A stretch of 64,000 nucleotides of DNA. Source: Chloroflexota bacterium (GTDB taxonomy: Bacteria > Chloroflexota > Dehalococcoidia > Lucifugimonadales > JACPCL1). This document shows positions 33,016 to 42,533 of this stretch, piece by piece; within the stretch, counting starts at the first letter, position 1, and each line of letters starts with the position of its first letter. A program made the position numbers and the translations under genes. The stretch spans positions 10,333 through 74,332 of the forward strand of contig JACPCL010000029.1 in NCBI GenBank assembly GCA_016179765.1, given 5' to 3'. The notes under the pieces were generated by a model, which did not search any database, was not told the origin of the DNA, and saw only the letters and a list, made by a program, of their open reading frames with translations.

Positions 33016-34374
33016 ATGCCAGACCTAGATGCGTTGTTGGCCCAGGTGGAGGCATCGCAAGGGGAGATCATCGCGTTGGAGCAGGCGCTGGTGCGCATAC
33101 CATCGGTGAACACGGGGTTCATGCCGACGGGGGATGAGACGCCGGTGTGCGAGTATGCGCGGGGTTTTCTGCGGGAGGATGGTATCGCGTCGGAGATTCT
33201 GGAGTCGGCCCCGAACAGGGGGAACCTCATCGCGCGGCTGGAGGGCCGGTCGGGCAAGGGGGGCCTGCTGCTGATGTCGCATACGGACGTGGTGCCGGTG
33301 GAGGAGGCGGGCAAGTGGCGGTTCCCGCCCTTCAGCGCGACGATTGCCGAGGGGCGGGTGTTTGGAAGGGGGGCATCGGACTGCAAGGGGCTACTGACGG
33401 CGCACCTTATGGCCCTGCGCATCCTGAAGCGCAGCGGCCTCCGCCTGCGGGACAGCCTTATCCTGGCTTCCGGCGCGGACGAGGAGCACGGCGGGCGGTA
33501 CGGCTTCGGCTGGATGGCACAGCACCACCCTGGGAAGCTGGCAGCCCCCTTTGCGGTGAACGAGGGCGGCGGTACGACGATGAGCGCCGCCGGCGGCTTC
33601 ACCTATGTCCTGGGCGTGGGCGAGAAGGGCCGCTTGCAGGTGGAGATTGACATCAAGGGGGCGAGCGCCCACGCCTCAACGCCGTGGCAAGGGAACAACG
33701 CGCTCTACCGCGCCGCCCAGGTGGTGACGCGCCTTGAAGAGTACGAGGCGGCGCGGGACACCTCCACCAGCTTCTTCCAGCACCTGTCGGTTTTTGCGGT
33801 TGAGGACCGGGCGTCGCCGGAGAACGTGGACGACCTGATTGGCCGGGTGCAGCGGGACAACCCGCGGCTGGCCTCGGTGATGCGGGCGCTGTCCCGTATG
33901 ACGGTGACGCCGACGATGGTGCGGGGCGGGATCAAGTCCAACAGCGTGCCGGAGGTGGTGCGGGTCACCTGCGACGTGCGGACGTTGCCGCACCAGAGCG
34001 AGGAGTACCTGCGCGGGGAGCTGGACAGGGCGCTTGCGGGCATTCCAGGGGTGGAGTACCAGGTGGACTATATGTCGGTGCCCAACGCATCGCCCTTTGA
34101 GACCGAGTTTGCGCGGCGCATCCAGCGGGCGACGGCCAGGGCGCTGGGCTTGCCGGAGGTGCAGATGATCCCCGCCATCAGCACCGGCTTCACGGACTCC
34201 CGGTTCACGCGCAACCTGGGCATCGTGACCTACGGCTTCACGGGGAGCCACCCGGACGACGACCCTATGCTCTCCTTTGCCCACGGCACTAACGAGTCCA
34301 TCGGCATCAAGAGCCTGATGAACAGCACGAAGATCATGGTCGCGCTGGCCCACGACATGCTGGCGGAGGGGTGA
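33016..34374 (+). CDS. M20 family metallopeptidase (ArgE/DapE/CPG2-like)
   Basis: 452 aa from ATG 33016 (GGAGG 10 nt upstream). LLLMSHTDVVPV, FGRGASDCKG, GADEEHGG. Confidence 0.8.
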   Translation: MPDLDALLAQVEASQGEIIALEQALVRIPSVNTGFMPTGDETPVCEYARGFLREDGIASEILESAPNRGNLIARLEGRSGKGGLLLMSHTDVVPVEEAGKWRFPPFSATIAEGRVFGRGASDCKGLLTAHLMALRILKRSGLRLRDSLILASGADEEHGGRYGFGWMAQHHPGKLAAPFAVNEGGGTTMSAAGGFTYVLGVGEKGRLQVEIDIKGASAHASTPWQGNNALYRAAQVVTRLEEYEAARDTSTSFFQHLSVFAVEDRASPENVDDLIGRVQRDNPRLASVMRALSRMTVTPTMVRGGIKSNSVPEVVRVTCDVRTLPHQSEEYLRGELDRALAGIPGVEYQVDYMSVPNASPFETEFARRIQRATARALGLPEVQMIPAISTGFTDSRFTRNLGIVTYGFTGSHPDDDPMLSFAHGTNESIGIKSLMNSTKIMVALAHDMLAEG

Positions 34375-34378
34375 AGTA

Positions 34379-34427
34379 CCTAACCCCCTCCCCCTCCCCC
34401 TTCCCCTGGGGGAAGGGGGAGGGGGAG
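34379..34427. repeat. REP-like element
   Basis: cctaaccccctccccctcccccttcccctgggggaagggggagggggag. Confidence 0.75.
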
Positions 34428-34439
34428 AAGATGAATTTG

Positions 34440-34476
34440 AATCGTTGTGATGCGCCGTTGGCGCATCACAACGATT
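34440..34476 (+). terminator. 17-bp perfect hairpin terminator
   Basis: AATCGTTGTGATGCGCC gtt GGCGCATCACAACGATT, followed by ctttagagttcttct. Confidence 0.6.
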
Positions 34477-34517
34477 CTTTAGAGTTCTTCTGATACAGGA
34501 CACTGGCGCGTACCACC

Positions 34518-35081
34518 TCACCCCTTCGCACCCAACTTGGGTAGCAGCCGCTCCCTTGCGAGGGCGAGCCCTGGCAGGGCGCAAATGGCCAGGGCCAGGG
34601 GGAGGGGCTCCTTCAGTAGGAGGACGGCAAGGAAGAGGACGGTGAAGCCCAGGGCGGCGGTCGTGCCCGTGTCGCGGCGCCAGGCGAGCCAGGCCAGGGC
34701 TGGCGGCGTGGCCAGGAGGGCCGGCAGGGGCATGAGGGCGTAGCCTACGCCGATGGCGGTGGCCAGGCCCGCGCCGCCACGGAACCTCAGGAAGAGGGGG
34801 TACCAGTGGCCGGCCAGGGCCGCCAGGCCGGCGGCGAAGGCCCACCAGGTGGGGACGTCGGCAATCTGGGCTGCGGCAACGGGCGCTGCGCCCTTGAGCA
34901 CGTCGCCCAGGAGCACGGCGACGCCGGGGCCGCGGCCTATCTTGCGGAAGACGTTGGCCGCCCCCGGGTTGCGGGTGCCCGTGCTGAAGACGTCCACCCC
35001 CCTGGCCTTCGCCACCAGGTAGGCAATGGGCAGGGAGCCAAGGATGTAGCCAAGGGCGAGGAAGAGCAGGTTCATCACCAC
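34518..35081 (-). CDS. plsY: Glycerol-3-phosphate acyltransferase PlsY
   Basis: LGYILGSLPIAYLVAK..., GTRNPGAANVFR (GSGNxGATN-type motif); multi-TM, 187 aa. Confidence 0.85.
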   Translation of the reverse strand: MVMNLLFLALGYILGSLPIAYLVAKARGVDVFSTGTRNPGAANVFRKIGRGPGVAVLLGDVLKGAAPVAAAQIADVPTWWAFAAGLAALAGHWYPLFLRFRGGAGLATAIGVGYALMPLPALLATPPALAWLAWRRDTGTTAALGFTVLFLAVLLLKEPLPLALAICALPGLALARERLLPKLGAKG

Positions 35082-35180
35082 ACGAAGCCTTCTACTGCTT
35101 CACTCCAATCCAGGATGGAGCATGGGAGGCCCGCCGGATGGGCGTGGGAACAAGAGGAAGTGCTTCAAGGGAGGCCCATT

Positions 35181-35455
35181 GTCATTGCGAGGAGTCCCGA
35201 TTCTATCGGGGCGACGAAGCAATCTGGGGTGGCGCTCCCCTCCCTCCACCAGATTGCCACGGCCCTCCGGAGCCTCTGGTCAGAACCACGAACCGCCGAC
35301 CTCGCATTCCATCATGTTGGCATCCAGCACCAGGAAGGATGAAAAGGGTCAATCTTCAGTTCCTTCCCCCTTGACGGGGGAAGGTTAGGATGGGGGTGAA
35401 CTGGGGTCTACCCCCCCACCTTAATCCTCCCCCGCAAGGGGGGAAAGCTATTTTC
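35181..35455. mobile_element. Composite repeat: GTCATTGCGAGG-type MITE followed by a second module
   Basis: 35181-35310 aligns with 24576-24696 (cgacgaagcaatct, ccagattgcc.cggccctccg.agcct). 35311-35455 aligns with 45299-45428 (caccaggaagga...ttccttccc...aatcctcccccgcaagggggga). Confidence 0.7.
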
Positions 35456-35508
35456 GTACGAATGACGATCTGGCGTGACGTTCCTTGGGGAATCTCAAGG
35501 ACACCGCA

Positions 35509-36384
35509 CTAGCTGGCACGAGCTATGCCTTGCCTCACGAGACCCCGCAAGAACCGTGCAACTTCCCGGTTGAAGTCTGTCAGGTTGTCATCCCAGACGG
35601 GATGGCCGGCGTTGGGGATTTCCACCCACGTGGCATGAGGCATTGCCTGGACCATCTGCTGGGCCGTCTCCGCCATGAACACGTCGGACCGTCCTCCCCG
35701 AACGATGAGGGTGGGGCACCGTATACCACGGACATAGGGCCACATGTCCACCCTGGGGCCTGGATTGCGACGCGCCTCTAGGAGCCCCCGGTGGTCGTAG
35801 CGCCAGGTGACCGTGCCGTCGGGCAACTCTTTGAGGGTATTCTGCAACCGGATGCGCATGGACTCCTCTGAAGCGGTGGGGCGCTGCTGGCGCAGAAAGG
35901 CTTTAGCCTGGTCCCATGAGGGGAATGTAACGGGGGTGGTCTCCACTTCCCGGGTGATGCGCTGGCTACCCGGCGTTGGGGTTTCGCCCTGTGGCCCTGA
36001 GTCCACAATCACGGCGCCGGTGACCTGGTCCGGGTGGGTTGAAGCGTAGAGGATGGTGATGGCCCCGCCCATGGAGTGCCCCATGAGCACCATGCGCTGA
36101 AGGCCCAGCGCCGCAACGAGGTCTTCCACGTCCGATACGTAGGTGGGGGTGTTGTAGTTGCAGAGGGGGTCCCAGGCGCTGTCTCCCCGGCCACGCACGT
36201 CTAAAGAGAGGATGTGATAGTCGCTGCTCAGCTCAGGGACAACCAGGTCCCAGGCGTGGGCATGGGACCGCAGGCCGTGGATGAGCACAAGGGGCGTTGC
36301 GGCGGCGTTGCCCCAATCCAGGTAGTGGATTCTCAGGCCGCTTCGCGTAAGGTAGGACTTGTCTGAGGGTCTGGCAGCTACCAT
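35509..36384 (-). CDS. Alpha/beta hydrolase fold protein
   Basis: LVLIHGLRSHAHAWD and the nucleophile elbow GHSMGG; 291 aa. Confidence 0.8.
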   Translation of the reverse strand: MVAARPSDKSYLTRSGLRIHYLDWGNAAATPLVLIHGLRSHAHAWDLVVPELSSDYHILSLDVRGRGDSAWDPLCNYNTPTYVSDVEDLVAALGLQRMVLMGHSMGGAITILYASTHPDQVTGAVIVDSGPQGETPTPGSQRITREVETTPVTFPSWDQAKAFLRQQRPTASEESMRIRLQNTLKELPDGTVTWRYDHRGLLEARRNPGPRVDMWPYVRGIRCPTLIVRGGRSDVFMAETAQQMVQAMPHATWVEIPNAGHPVWDDNLTDFNREVARFLRGLVRQGIARAS

Positions 36385-36572
36385 TCTTGTCCTCCCCTGG
36401 TAAAGTATGGTGGGGATTTCCTCCTCCAGCCTGCCCTGTTCCGGTGTCCCAGGATGGGGGCAGCGTACACGACCTGAGGTTTGCGGTCAACCATCGCCAG
36501 CGCAGTCTGGGTTGGGGATAGAGAAGGCGCAGGGCGGCTCCCCGCATGGGCGGTGGAGGTCACAGAGGGTTA

Positions 36573-36980
36573 TTAGGAGCGGGTTACTCCGCCGCTGACC
36601 TTTTCCGGTTTGATTTTCAGGATGACCCGGACCTCGCCAGGGCGGTGGGTGTAGGACCTGCCGTTATACTTCAAGGAGAGCTTGTCAATGTGGGCCTCCG
36701 CCCCTTGGGTGGTCACCTCCACCACCGTGCCTCGGACCACCAGGGAGCCACGGTAGCTGTCCTGGGGGTCCACCACCGATATGGCCACGTGAGGGTTGCG
36801 CCTGACGTTCCTGGTCTTGAGCCGGCCCTCCGCCGTGTTGACCAGCACGTGCTCGCCATCGGTATCCACCCACACCGGCGTCACCTGGGGCGTGCCATCT
36901 CGCATGACGGTAGCGACGTGGGCAATGACCCGCTGTTGCAGCAGCTCAATGGCCTTGGGGGTAAGTTTTGCATCTGCCAT
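36573..36980 (-). CDS. Pyridoxamine 5'-phosphate oxidase family (PPOX-class, possibly F420-dependent) protein
   Basis: 135 aa. ...IAHVATVMRDGTPQVTPVWVD...VLVNTAEGRLKTRNVRRNPHVAISVVD is the typical PPOX-class split-barrel pattern. Confidence 0.75.
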   Translation of the reverse strand: MADAKLTPKAIELLQQRVIAHVATVMRDGTPQVTPVWVDTDGEHVLVNTAEGRLKTRNVRRNPHVAISVVDPQDSYRGSLVVRGTVVEVTTQGAEAHIDKLSLKYNGRSYTHRPGEVRVILKIKPEKVSGGVTRS

Positions 36981-37164
36981 GGCAACGTCTCCTTTTCTTG
37001 TTTGGCGATTATCTCATGGGGGCGTGACACGGGATGTTGGCGCTTTGGCAGAATAGTCATCTTCTCTGTTACGTGGGAGGTAGCCTTTGAGGCTCCCTAT
37101 TTTTATTAGATGCGTCGCCGGGGAAAGGGGCGCTGCGCCCAATGCCTGGAACGGGCGTTTCGCA

Positions 37165-37193
37165 TTGACTTCACCTACCCCCGCGCCTATACT
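37165..37193 (+). promoter_or_regulatory. Sigma70-like promoter TTGACT-17-TATACT
   Basis: Read directly about 95 nt upstream of the MmgE/PrpD-family ATG. Confidence 0.6.
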
Positions 37194-37287
37194 CCCCCTG
37201 AAGAATGGGGGATATTGACGCCTTGTAGGACGTCACGCCCACGTCTAGCGTTGGCTCAATTCACAACACAGGTGTAAGGGGGAAAGC

Positions 37288-38640
37288 ATGGGAGTTACCG
37301 CCCGACTCGCAGAGTTCGTCTCCAAAACTCCGTCGTCCAAGATCCCTGACCAGGCCCTGGACGCGGCGAACGTCGGCCTGATGGATTCCGTAGGCACCGC
37401 CCTGGTCGCCAACATCCATGACATCGGCAAAATCATCACCAGCTACACCGACCAGATGGGTGGCAATCCAACGGCTACTGTCATAGGTACTCGTATCAAG
37501 ACCTCGGCCCCCAACGCTGCCCTGGCCAACGGCACGCTGGGGCACTCCGACGACTACGACGACGTGGGGGGCTTCGGCCATCCCTCGGTCATCCTGATGC
37601 CCACGGTGCTGGCCCTGGGCGAGCAGCTCCACAAATCGGGACGGGAGGTGCTGGAGGCGTACAGTCTGGGGTTTGAGGTGGGCACTCGCATCGGCGGCAA
37701 CATTGGCGCCGATCACTATGGGCGCGGCTGGCACAGCACCTCCACCCTGGGGGCCATGGCCTCAGCTGCCGCAGCCGCCCGCCTTCTGGGCTTGGATACG
37801 GACCAGACTCGTACCGCCCTGGGCATCGTGGCCTCCCTGGCCGGCGGCGTGCAGGCGAACTTTGGCACCATGACAAAGCCCCTACACCCCGGCAACGCCG
37901 CTCGCAACGGCATCCTGGCGGCCAACCTGGCCCAGCTGGGCTACACCGCCAACCAGGACGTCATTGAAGCGCCCCTGGGCTACGTGGCAGTCTTTGGCGA
38001 CCAGCAGGCTAACATCAATGGCATGACCACCCATCTGGGGGAGGCTCCGTTGCATGTTATCAGCGGCATCCGCCTGAAGGAGTGGCCCTGCTGCTATGGG
38101 CACCACGGCGTCATCCCCATGCTCATTGAGCTGATCGGCAAGTACGAGCTCCGGCCTGAGCAAGTGGAGCGCGTGGACTTCATCAGTGGCATGGCATACG
38201 GCTTCCTGAACCGGCCTGATGCCAACACCTATTTTGGCGGCAAGTTCAGCTTGCAGTTCAACATCGCCGCCGCTCTGGTGGACGGTACGGTGAACTACGA
38301 GACCTTCACCGATGAGAAGATTAACCAGCCCGCCATTCGGGACATGATGGCTCGGGTGCACCTGAGCGAGGACCCCATGGTGTCGCGCCTGCCTGCGCGC
38401 ATCCGGGGCGCCCATCAGGAGCAGGAGGTTGTGGTCACGCTGAAGGACGGCCGTCAGCTCACCAACGAGATTGAGCACGCCACCAATACGCTGCGGGGCC
38501 ACCAGGTGGACATCAAGTTTGAGGCCAATGCGTCTCACGTGTTGCCATCTGCCCAGGCCAAACAGGCGCTGGCCGCCTTCCGAGACCTGAAGAAGGTGAA
38601 GGACGTGGCGGAGGTCATGAAGACCGTGGCACTGAAGTAA
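37288..38640 (+). CDS. MmgE/PrpD family protein (2-methylcitrate dehydratase-like)
   Basis: 450 aa. Overall pattern (…DSVG..., GHSDDYDD, GWHSTSTLG) is typical of the PrpD fold. Confidence 0.8.
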   Translation: MGVTARLAEFVSKTPSSKIPDQALDAANVGLMDSVGTALVANIHDIGKIITSYTDQMGGNPTATVIGTRIKTSAPNAALANGTLGHSDDYDDVGGFGHPSVILMPTVLALGEQLHKSGREVLEAYSLGFEVGTRIGGNIGADHYGRGWHSTSTLGAMASAAAAARLLGLDTDQTRTALGIVASLAGGVQANFGTMTKPLHPGNAARNGILAANLAQLGYTANQDVIEAPLGYVAVFGDQQANINGMTTHLGEAPLHVISGIRLKEWPCCYGHHGVIPMLIELIGKYELRPEQVERVDFISGMAYGFLNRPDANTYFGGKFSLQFNIAAALVDGTVNYETFTDEKINQPAIRDMMARVHLSEDPMVSRLPARIRGAHQEQEVVVTLKDGRQLTNEIEHATNTLRGHQVDIKFEANASHVLPSAQAKQALAAFRDLKKVKDVAEVMKTVALK

Positions 38641-38656
38641 GCGGTAGATTGGAAAA

Positions 38657-38689
38657 CAGGAAAGGCCCCGCTGAGCGGGGCCTTTCCTG
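38657..38689 (+). terminator. 15-bp perfect hairpin after the MmgE/PrpD-family gene
   Basis: CAGGAAAGGCCCCGC tga GCGGGGCCTTTCCTG, 17 nt after the stop. Confidence 0.55.
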
Positions 38690-38919
38690 TAGGTGGCATA
38701 ATGGGGGTGCATGGGCAAGTCACCCTGGTCACCGACCACAAGCGCTTCTCCAGCGCCTTCTTGCCCATCCGGCTCCTGTACCCCCGCTGGATCATCCGTG
38801 ACATGATGGTGGTCTGGCTGGGGGAACTGAAGGCGGAGGCCGAGCGACGGGCCACGCTCCCATGACCGATGCCTATGGTAGAATTTTCCCAAGGCAGAAA
38901 CTTCACAAAGGAGGATGAC

Positions 38920-39120
38920 ATGGCACTGAATGATCGGATTGAAGTTAATCCCAAGGTCATGTTGGGCAAGCCCGTCATTCGGGGGACACGAATCCCTGTG
39001 GAACTTATCCTTCGTAAGCTCAGTGAAGGGGCAGTTGAAGCGGACCTGATGGACGCCTATCCACGTTTGACCCGCGAAGATATCCAGGCAGCACTTACTA
39101 AGGGGGTCGTTAGTAGGTAG
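38920..39120 (+). CDS. DUF433 domain protein (solo antitoxin-like)
   Basis: 66 aa from ATG 38920 (AAAGGAGG RBS): MALNDRIEVNPKVMLGKPVIRGTRIPVELIL... is the classic DUF433 core. Locally lower GC. Confidence 0.7.
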   Translation: MALNDRIEVNPKVMLGKPVIRGTRIPVELILRKLSEGAVEADLMDAYPRLTREDIQAALTKGVVSR

Positions 39121-39359
39121 ACTTTCACCCTCACCCGCTTCCGCCGCTCCTGGCGTCGCGGTGGAAGCGGCCTCTCCCCTCGAGGGAGAGGCGCACACCG
39201 AGCACTTTTCGGGAAATACGTAGCCGCCCTGGTGATGACTTGGCAAGTCTATTTACTAACGTTCCAATTAGTAAGTTTGGAGCCGATATGGTGGCTCATG
39301 AAGAGACGATATTCGTCGGTTCCACTTCCTGAGACGGTTTACCGTTGGGCAGCCTGGTC

Positions 39360-40226
39360 ATGTTCGTATCGGTCTCAGATATGAAGGCTGAACTCGCAGC
39401 CAAGGCCGAGGCAAGAAAGCTGCTGGGCGTCTTTGCCCACCCGGACGACGAGACCTTTTTGGGCGGCCCGCTGCTGGCCTGGTGCGCCCAGCGTGGCCTG
39501 CGGGTGGAGGTGGCGTGCGCCACGCCCGCCGAGCCTGCGGTGAGCGACCCTTCCGACTGGGACTTCCGCCACCGCCAGGCTCTGCTGTGCGCGGCGCAAG
39601 GGCTGGGCGTCCAGAGGGTGCATTTCCTGGGCTACCACGGCTCTCCCATGAGGCCGGCGGTAAACCCAGACCCAAGGCAGCTTGCAACCGCTCCCCTTTG
39701 GGAGGTGGCCGCGGCCCTGGGAGGTGTGATGAATAACGTGCAGCCGGACGTTGTCGTTACCGACTCCTCCTACGGGGCTTACGGCCATCCAGACCACATC
39801 GTGATGCACCGGGCGACCGTGGCCGCCTTCCAGACCCATAGGAAGGAGGGGGCCAGGCTCTACTGTCTGGCCTACCCTTTGCCGCTGGTCCGCCTGAACC
39901 TGCGCCTCATGCGGCTATGGGGGGTTCCTGTGCGTGGCGTTGGCCCTTTGGGAGACATAGACCTTGCCGCCATGGTGCGCGCCGCTCCGAAGAAGACGGC
40001 TCTGGTGAACACGAGCCGGCACGTTGCCTTCCGGCGCGCCGCCGCCCGGTGCTACGCCGAGGAGATTGTGCTAGCCCCGCTGCCGCTGAAGCTGCTGGAG
40101 CGGTCGCCTTTGTGGGCGCAGCGCCTGGCGTTCTGGCGGTGCGCGCTGACGCGCCTGTATCCGCCAGCAAAGAGGGGCGAGCCCCTGGAGCGGGATCTCT
40201 TTCCTGTTCTGCCCGTGACCGCGTGA
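39360..40226 (+). CDS. PIG-L/LmbE family deacetylase
   Basis: LGVFAHPDDETFLGG and YGHPDHIVMH motifs. Start ambiguous (TTG 39345, ATG 39360 or 39381). Confidence 0.8.
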   Translation: MFVSVSDMKAELAAKAEARKLLGVFAHPDDETFLGGPLLAWCAQRGLRVEVACATPAEPAVSDPSDWDFRHRQALLCAAQGLGVQRVHFLGYHGSPMRPAVNPDPRQLATAPLWEVAAALGGVMNNVQPDVVVTDSSYGAYGHPDHIVMHRATVAAFQTHRKEGARLYCLAYPLPLVRLNLRLMRLWGVPVRGVGPLGDIDLAAMVRAAPKKTALVNTSRHVAFRRAAARCYAEEIVLAPLPLKLLERSPLWAQRLAFWRCALTRLYPPAKRGEPLERDLFPVLPVTA

Positions 40227-40263
40227 TGCGTAGTCCCCGATGCTTTGCCTGGGGGTAGTTTAA

Positions 40264-40304
40264 CCTAACCCCCTCGGTCCCCCTTCCCCAGTGGGGAAGG
40301 GGGA
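40264..40304. repeat. REP-like element
   Basis: cctaaccccctcggtcccccttcccc agt ggggaaggggga. Confidence 0.75.
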
Positions 40305-40328
40305 CGAATTGTATGTGAGGCGGGGAGG

Positions 40329-42191
40329 CTAGCGGAGGACGCGCTCATCGCCGGTGCGGCGGGTGATGCGTCGCTGGTCCAGGTGCTCCATGAGGGCCAG
40401 GGCATACTTGCGGCTGGTGCCGAACATGTCCCGCACCTGGGCGACGGTGATCTTACCCTCCGCCTTCAGGTGATTGATGGCCCTGTCCACCATCTCGTGG
40501 TAGGCGGAGGCGGCGAAGACCACTGAGTCGCTCACCTTCACCACCTGGCCTTCGTCCACCAACAGGTTCAGCAGGTCAGGCGGAGGCGGCTCCGCCGTTG
40601 GCGGCGAGAAGGGCACCGACTCCAGCAGGCGGACGTACTCTGAAAGGACGCGGCGCTGCTCTGGGGTCACGGCCACGCGGTGGTCAGGCAGTCGTACCGT
40701 CGTCTCCTCCTCCACCAGCGCGCCGTCCGCGGCAAGGCGTTGCATGGCCAGGGCGGAGGCTACGCTTTCCATCCCTAGCTTGCCTCGCACCTCCTCTTTG
40801 GGTGCGCCACGTCGCAGGGGGTACTGGCGGTGGTAGGCGACAAGGGTGGCCCGCGCCGCCTCCACCACCTGCGCCCAAAGGGAGGCGGAGAGCAGCAGGG
40901 CTGCATGGCGTCCGCCGTCGCCGCCGAGGGCGACCAGGGTATGCCCTTTTAGCATGGCCTGGGCCTGGCTGCGGGTCTCTTCCAGGGAGAGGTTGGCCTT
41001 TTGAGCAAGGGTCTCCAAGTCCATGGGCCCGTGGGCGTTGAGGGCCTCCAACAGGAGGTCCTCGGGTGAGCCGTGCTCCAGGGCGGCCAGCCGGCCCAGG
41101 GTGGGTGCATGGAAGCGGCGGTGTCGTTTGGCGTGGGCCTCCAGGACGCCGCCGCCGCCCAGGGTCGTGTCCGAGGAGCGGATGACGAAGAAGTCGCCCT
41201 TGACCACGGCGAGGGGTTCGTCCAGGCGTATCTGCGCCCAGGCCGTATCGCCGGGGGACAGGTCTTGCCTGTCCAGCAGACGCACCCGGGCGGGGGCCTC
41301 GCTGGCGCCAGTGTGGAAGGAGACGGGGGCGTTGTGGCGCAAGGGGCGAGGCGCGTCCCCAAGGAGGCGCAGGCGCACGTCCACGGCGGCGGTGGGCGTG
41401 AGCCAACCGGGGATGGTCAGCACGTCGCCGCGCTTCACCTCCTCGTGGGAGACGCCGGCCAGGTTGACGGCGGTGCGGGTACCCGGCACGGCGGTCTCCT
41501 CGCTCTTGCGGTGGGTCTGAAGGCCGCGGATGCGGGCGCGCTTCTGAGCAAGGGCCAGCTCCACCTCCTGGCCCACGCGCAGGGAGCCATCGGCAAGGGT
41601 GCCGGTGACGACGGCGCCGAAGCCGGAGATGACGAAGGAGCGGTCTATGGGCAGCCGTGGCCGCCCGGTGTCCCTGCGGGGCGTGGCCGAGCCGAGCATC
41701 CCGTCCATGGCAGAGAGCAGCTCCGGCAGGCCCTGGCGGGTGAGGGAGGAGACGGGGAGAACAGGAGCGCCCTCTAGGGAGGTTCCGTTTAGCGTCTCCT
41801 CCACCTCTGCCGCCACCAGGTCAAGCCAGTCCTGGTCCACCAGGTCCCGTTTGGTGAGGGCCACGATGCCCCGCCGCACCTGGAGGATGTCCAGGATGGC
41901 CAGGTGCTCTCTGGTCTGGGGCATGACGGACTCATCGGCGGCGATGACCAGGAGGGCCATATCTATGCCTCCAACGCCGGCCAGCATGTTTTTGATGAAC
42001 CGCTCGTGGCCGGGCACGTCCACGATGCTGACCTCCCGTCCGCTGGGGAGCCTGAGCCAGGCGAAGCCGAGGTCAATGGTCATGCCCCGCTCCTTCTCCT
42101 CCTGGAGGCGGTCGGGGTCAATGCCGGTGAGGGCCTTCACGAGGGTGGACTTGCCGTGGTCTACGTGGCCGGCGGTGCCGATGACGAACAT
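40329..42191 (-). CDS. selB: Selenocysteine-specific translation elongation factor SelB
   Basis: 620 aa from ATG 42191. MFVIGTAGHVDHGKSTLVKALTGIDPDRLQEEKERGMTIDLGF..., DVPGHERF, TKRD, and a long winged-helix C-terminal extension. Confidence 0.9.
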   Translation of the reverse strand: MFVIGTAGHVDHGKSTLVKALTGIDPDRLQEEKERGMTIDLGFAWLRLPSGREVSIVDVPGHERFIKNMLAGVGGIDMALLVIAADESVMPQTREHLAILDILQVRRGIVALTKRDLVDQDWLDLVAAEVEETLNGTSLEGAPVLPVSSLTRQGLPELLSAMDGMLGSATPRRDTGRPRLPIDRSFVISGFGAVVTGTLADGSLRVGQEVELALAQKRARIRGLQTHRKSEETAVPGTRTAVNLAGVSHEEVKRGDVLTIPGWLTPTAAVDVRLRLLGDAPRPLRHNAPVSFHTGASEAPARVRLLDRQDLSPGDTAWAQIRLDEPLAVVKGDFFVIRSSDTTLGGGGVLEAHAKRHRRFHAPTLGRLAALEHGSPEDLLLEALNAHGPMDLETLAQKANLSLEETRSQAQAMLKGHTLVALGGDGGRHAALLLSASLWAQVVEAARATLVAYHRQYPLRRGAPKEEVRGKLGMESVASALAMQRLAADGALVEEETTVRLPDHRVAVTPEQRRVLSEYVRLLESVPFSPPTAEPPPPDLLNLLVDEGQVVKVSDSVVFAASAYHEMVDRAINHLKAEGKITVAQVRDMFGTSRKYALALMEHLDQRRITRRTGDERVLR

Positions 42192-42321
42192 GGGGACGTC
42201 CGTGGACAGGTTGTGGAGCCAGGATAGCATGGGCCGTCGGGGGGAGCAATTGGGGACAACGTGTTGGGGCGGCCCGCCTGGACGGGCCGCCCCACGTGGT
42301 TTCTTGGCGTCTGGAGAGGCG

Positions 42322-42533
42322 CTAGCTCACGGTTAGGGGTTGGAACATACCTAGGGCCATGTGGGGTGCGAACTGGTTGGCAGGGGAGGGTATGAAGCAG
42401 ACGAGGGCGTAGTCGCCGGCCGGGAGGTCAATGGTGGCCCAGAGGCTGCCGCCTGGCATGAACCCGTTGGCACCGCCGACAATCTCAAAGGGAGGGGGCC
42501 CCGCAGGCGCGCTTCCCGGGGCTGGAGGGGGCG
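42322..42533 (-). pseudogene. C-terminal remnant of a cupredoxin-like protein
   Basis: ...LPAGDYALVCFIPSPANQFAPHMALGMFQPLTVS has Cys...His...Met spacing like type-1 copper ligands. The first 20 codons of the track ORF are encoded by the adjacent MITE, so no genuine N-terminus exists. Confidence 0.4.
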
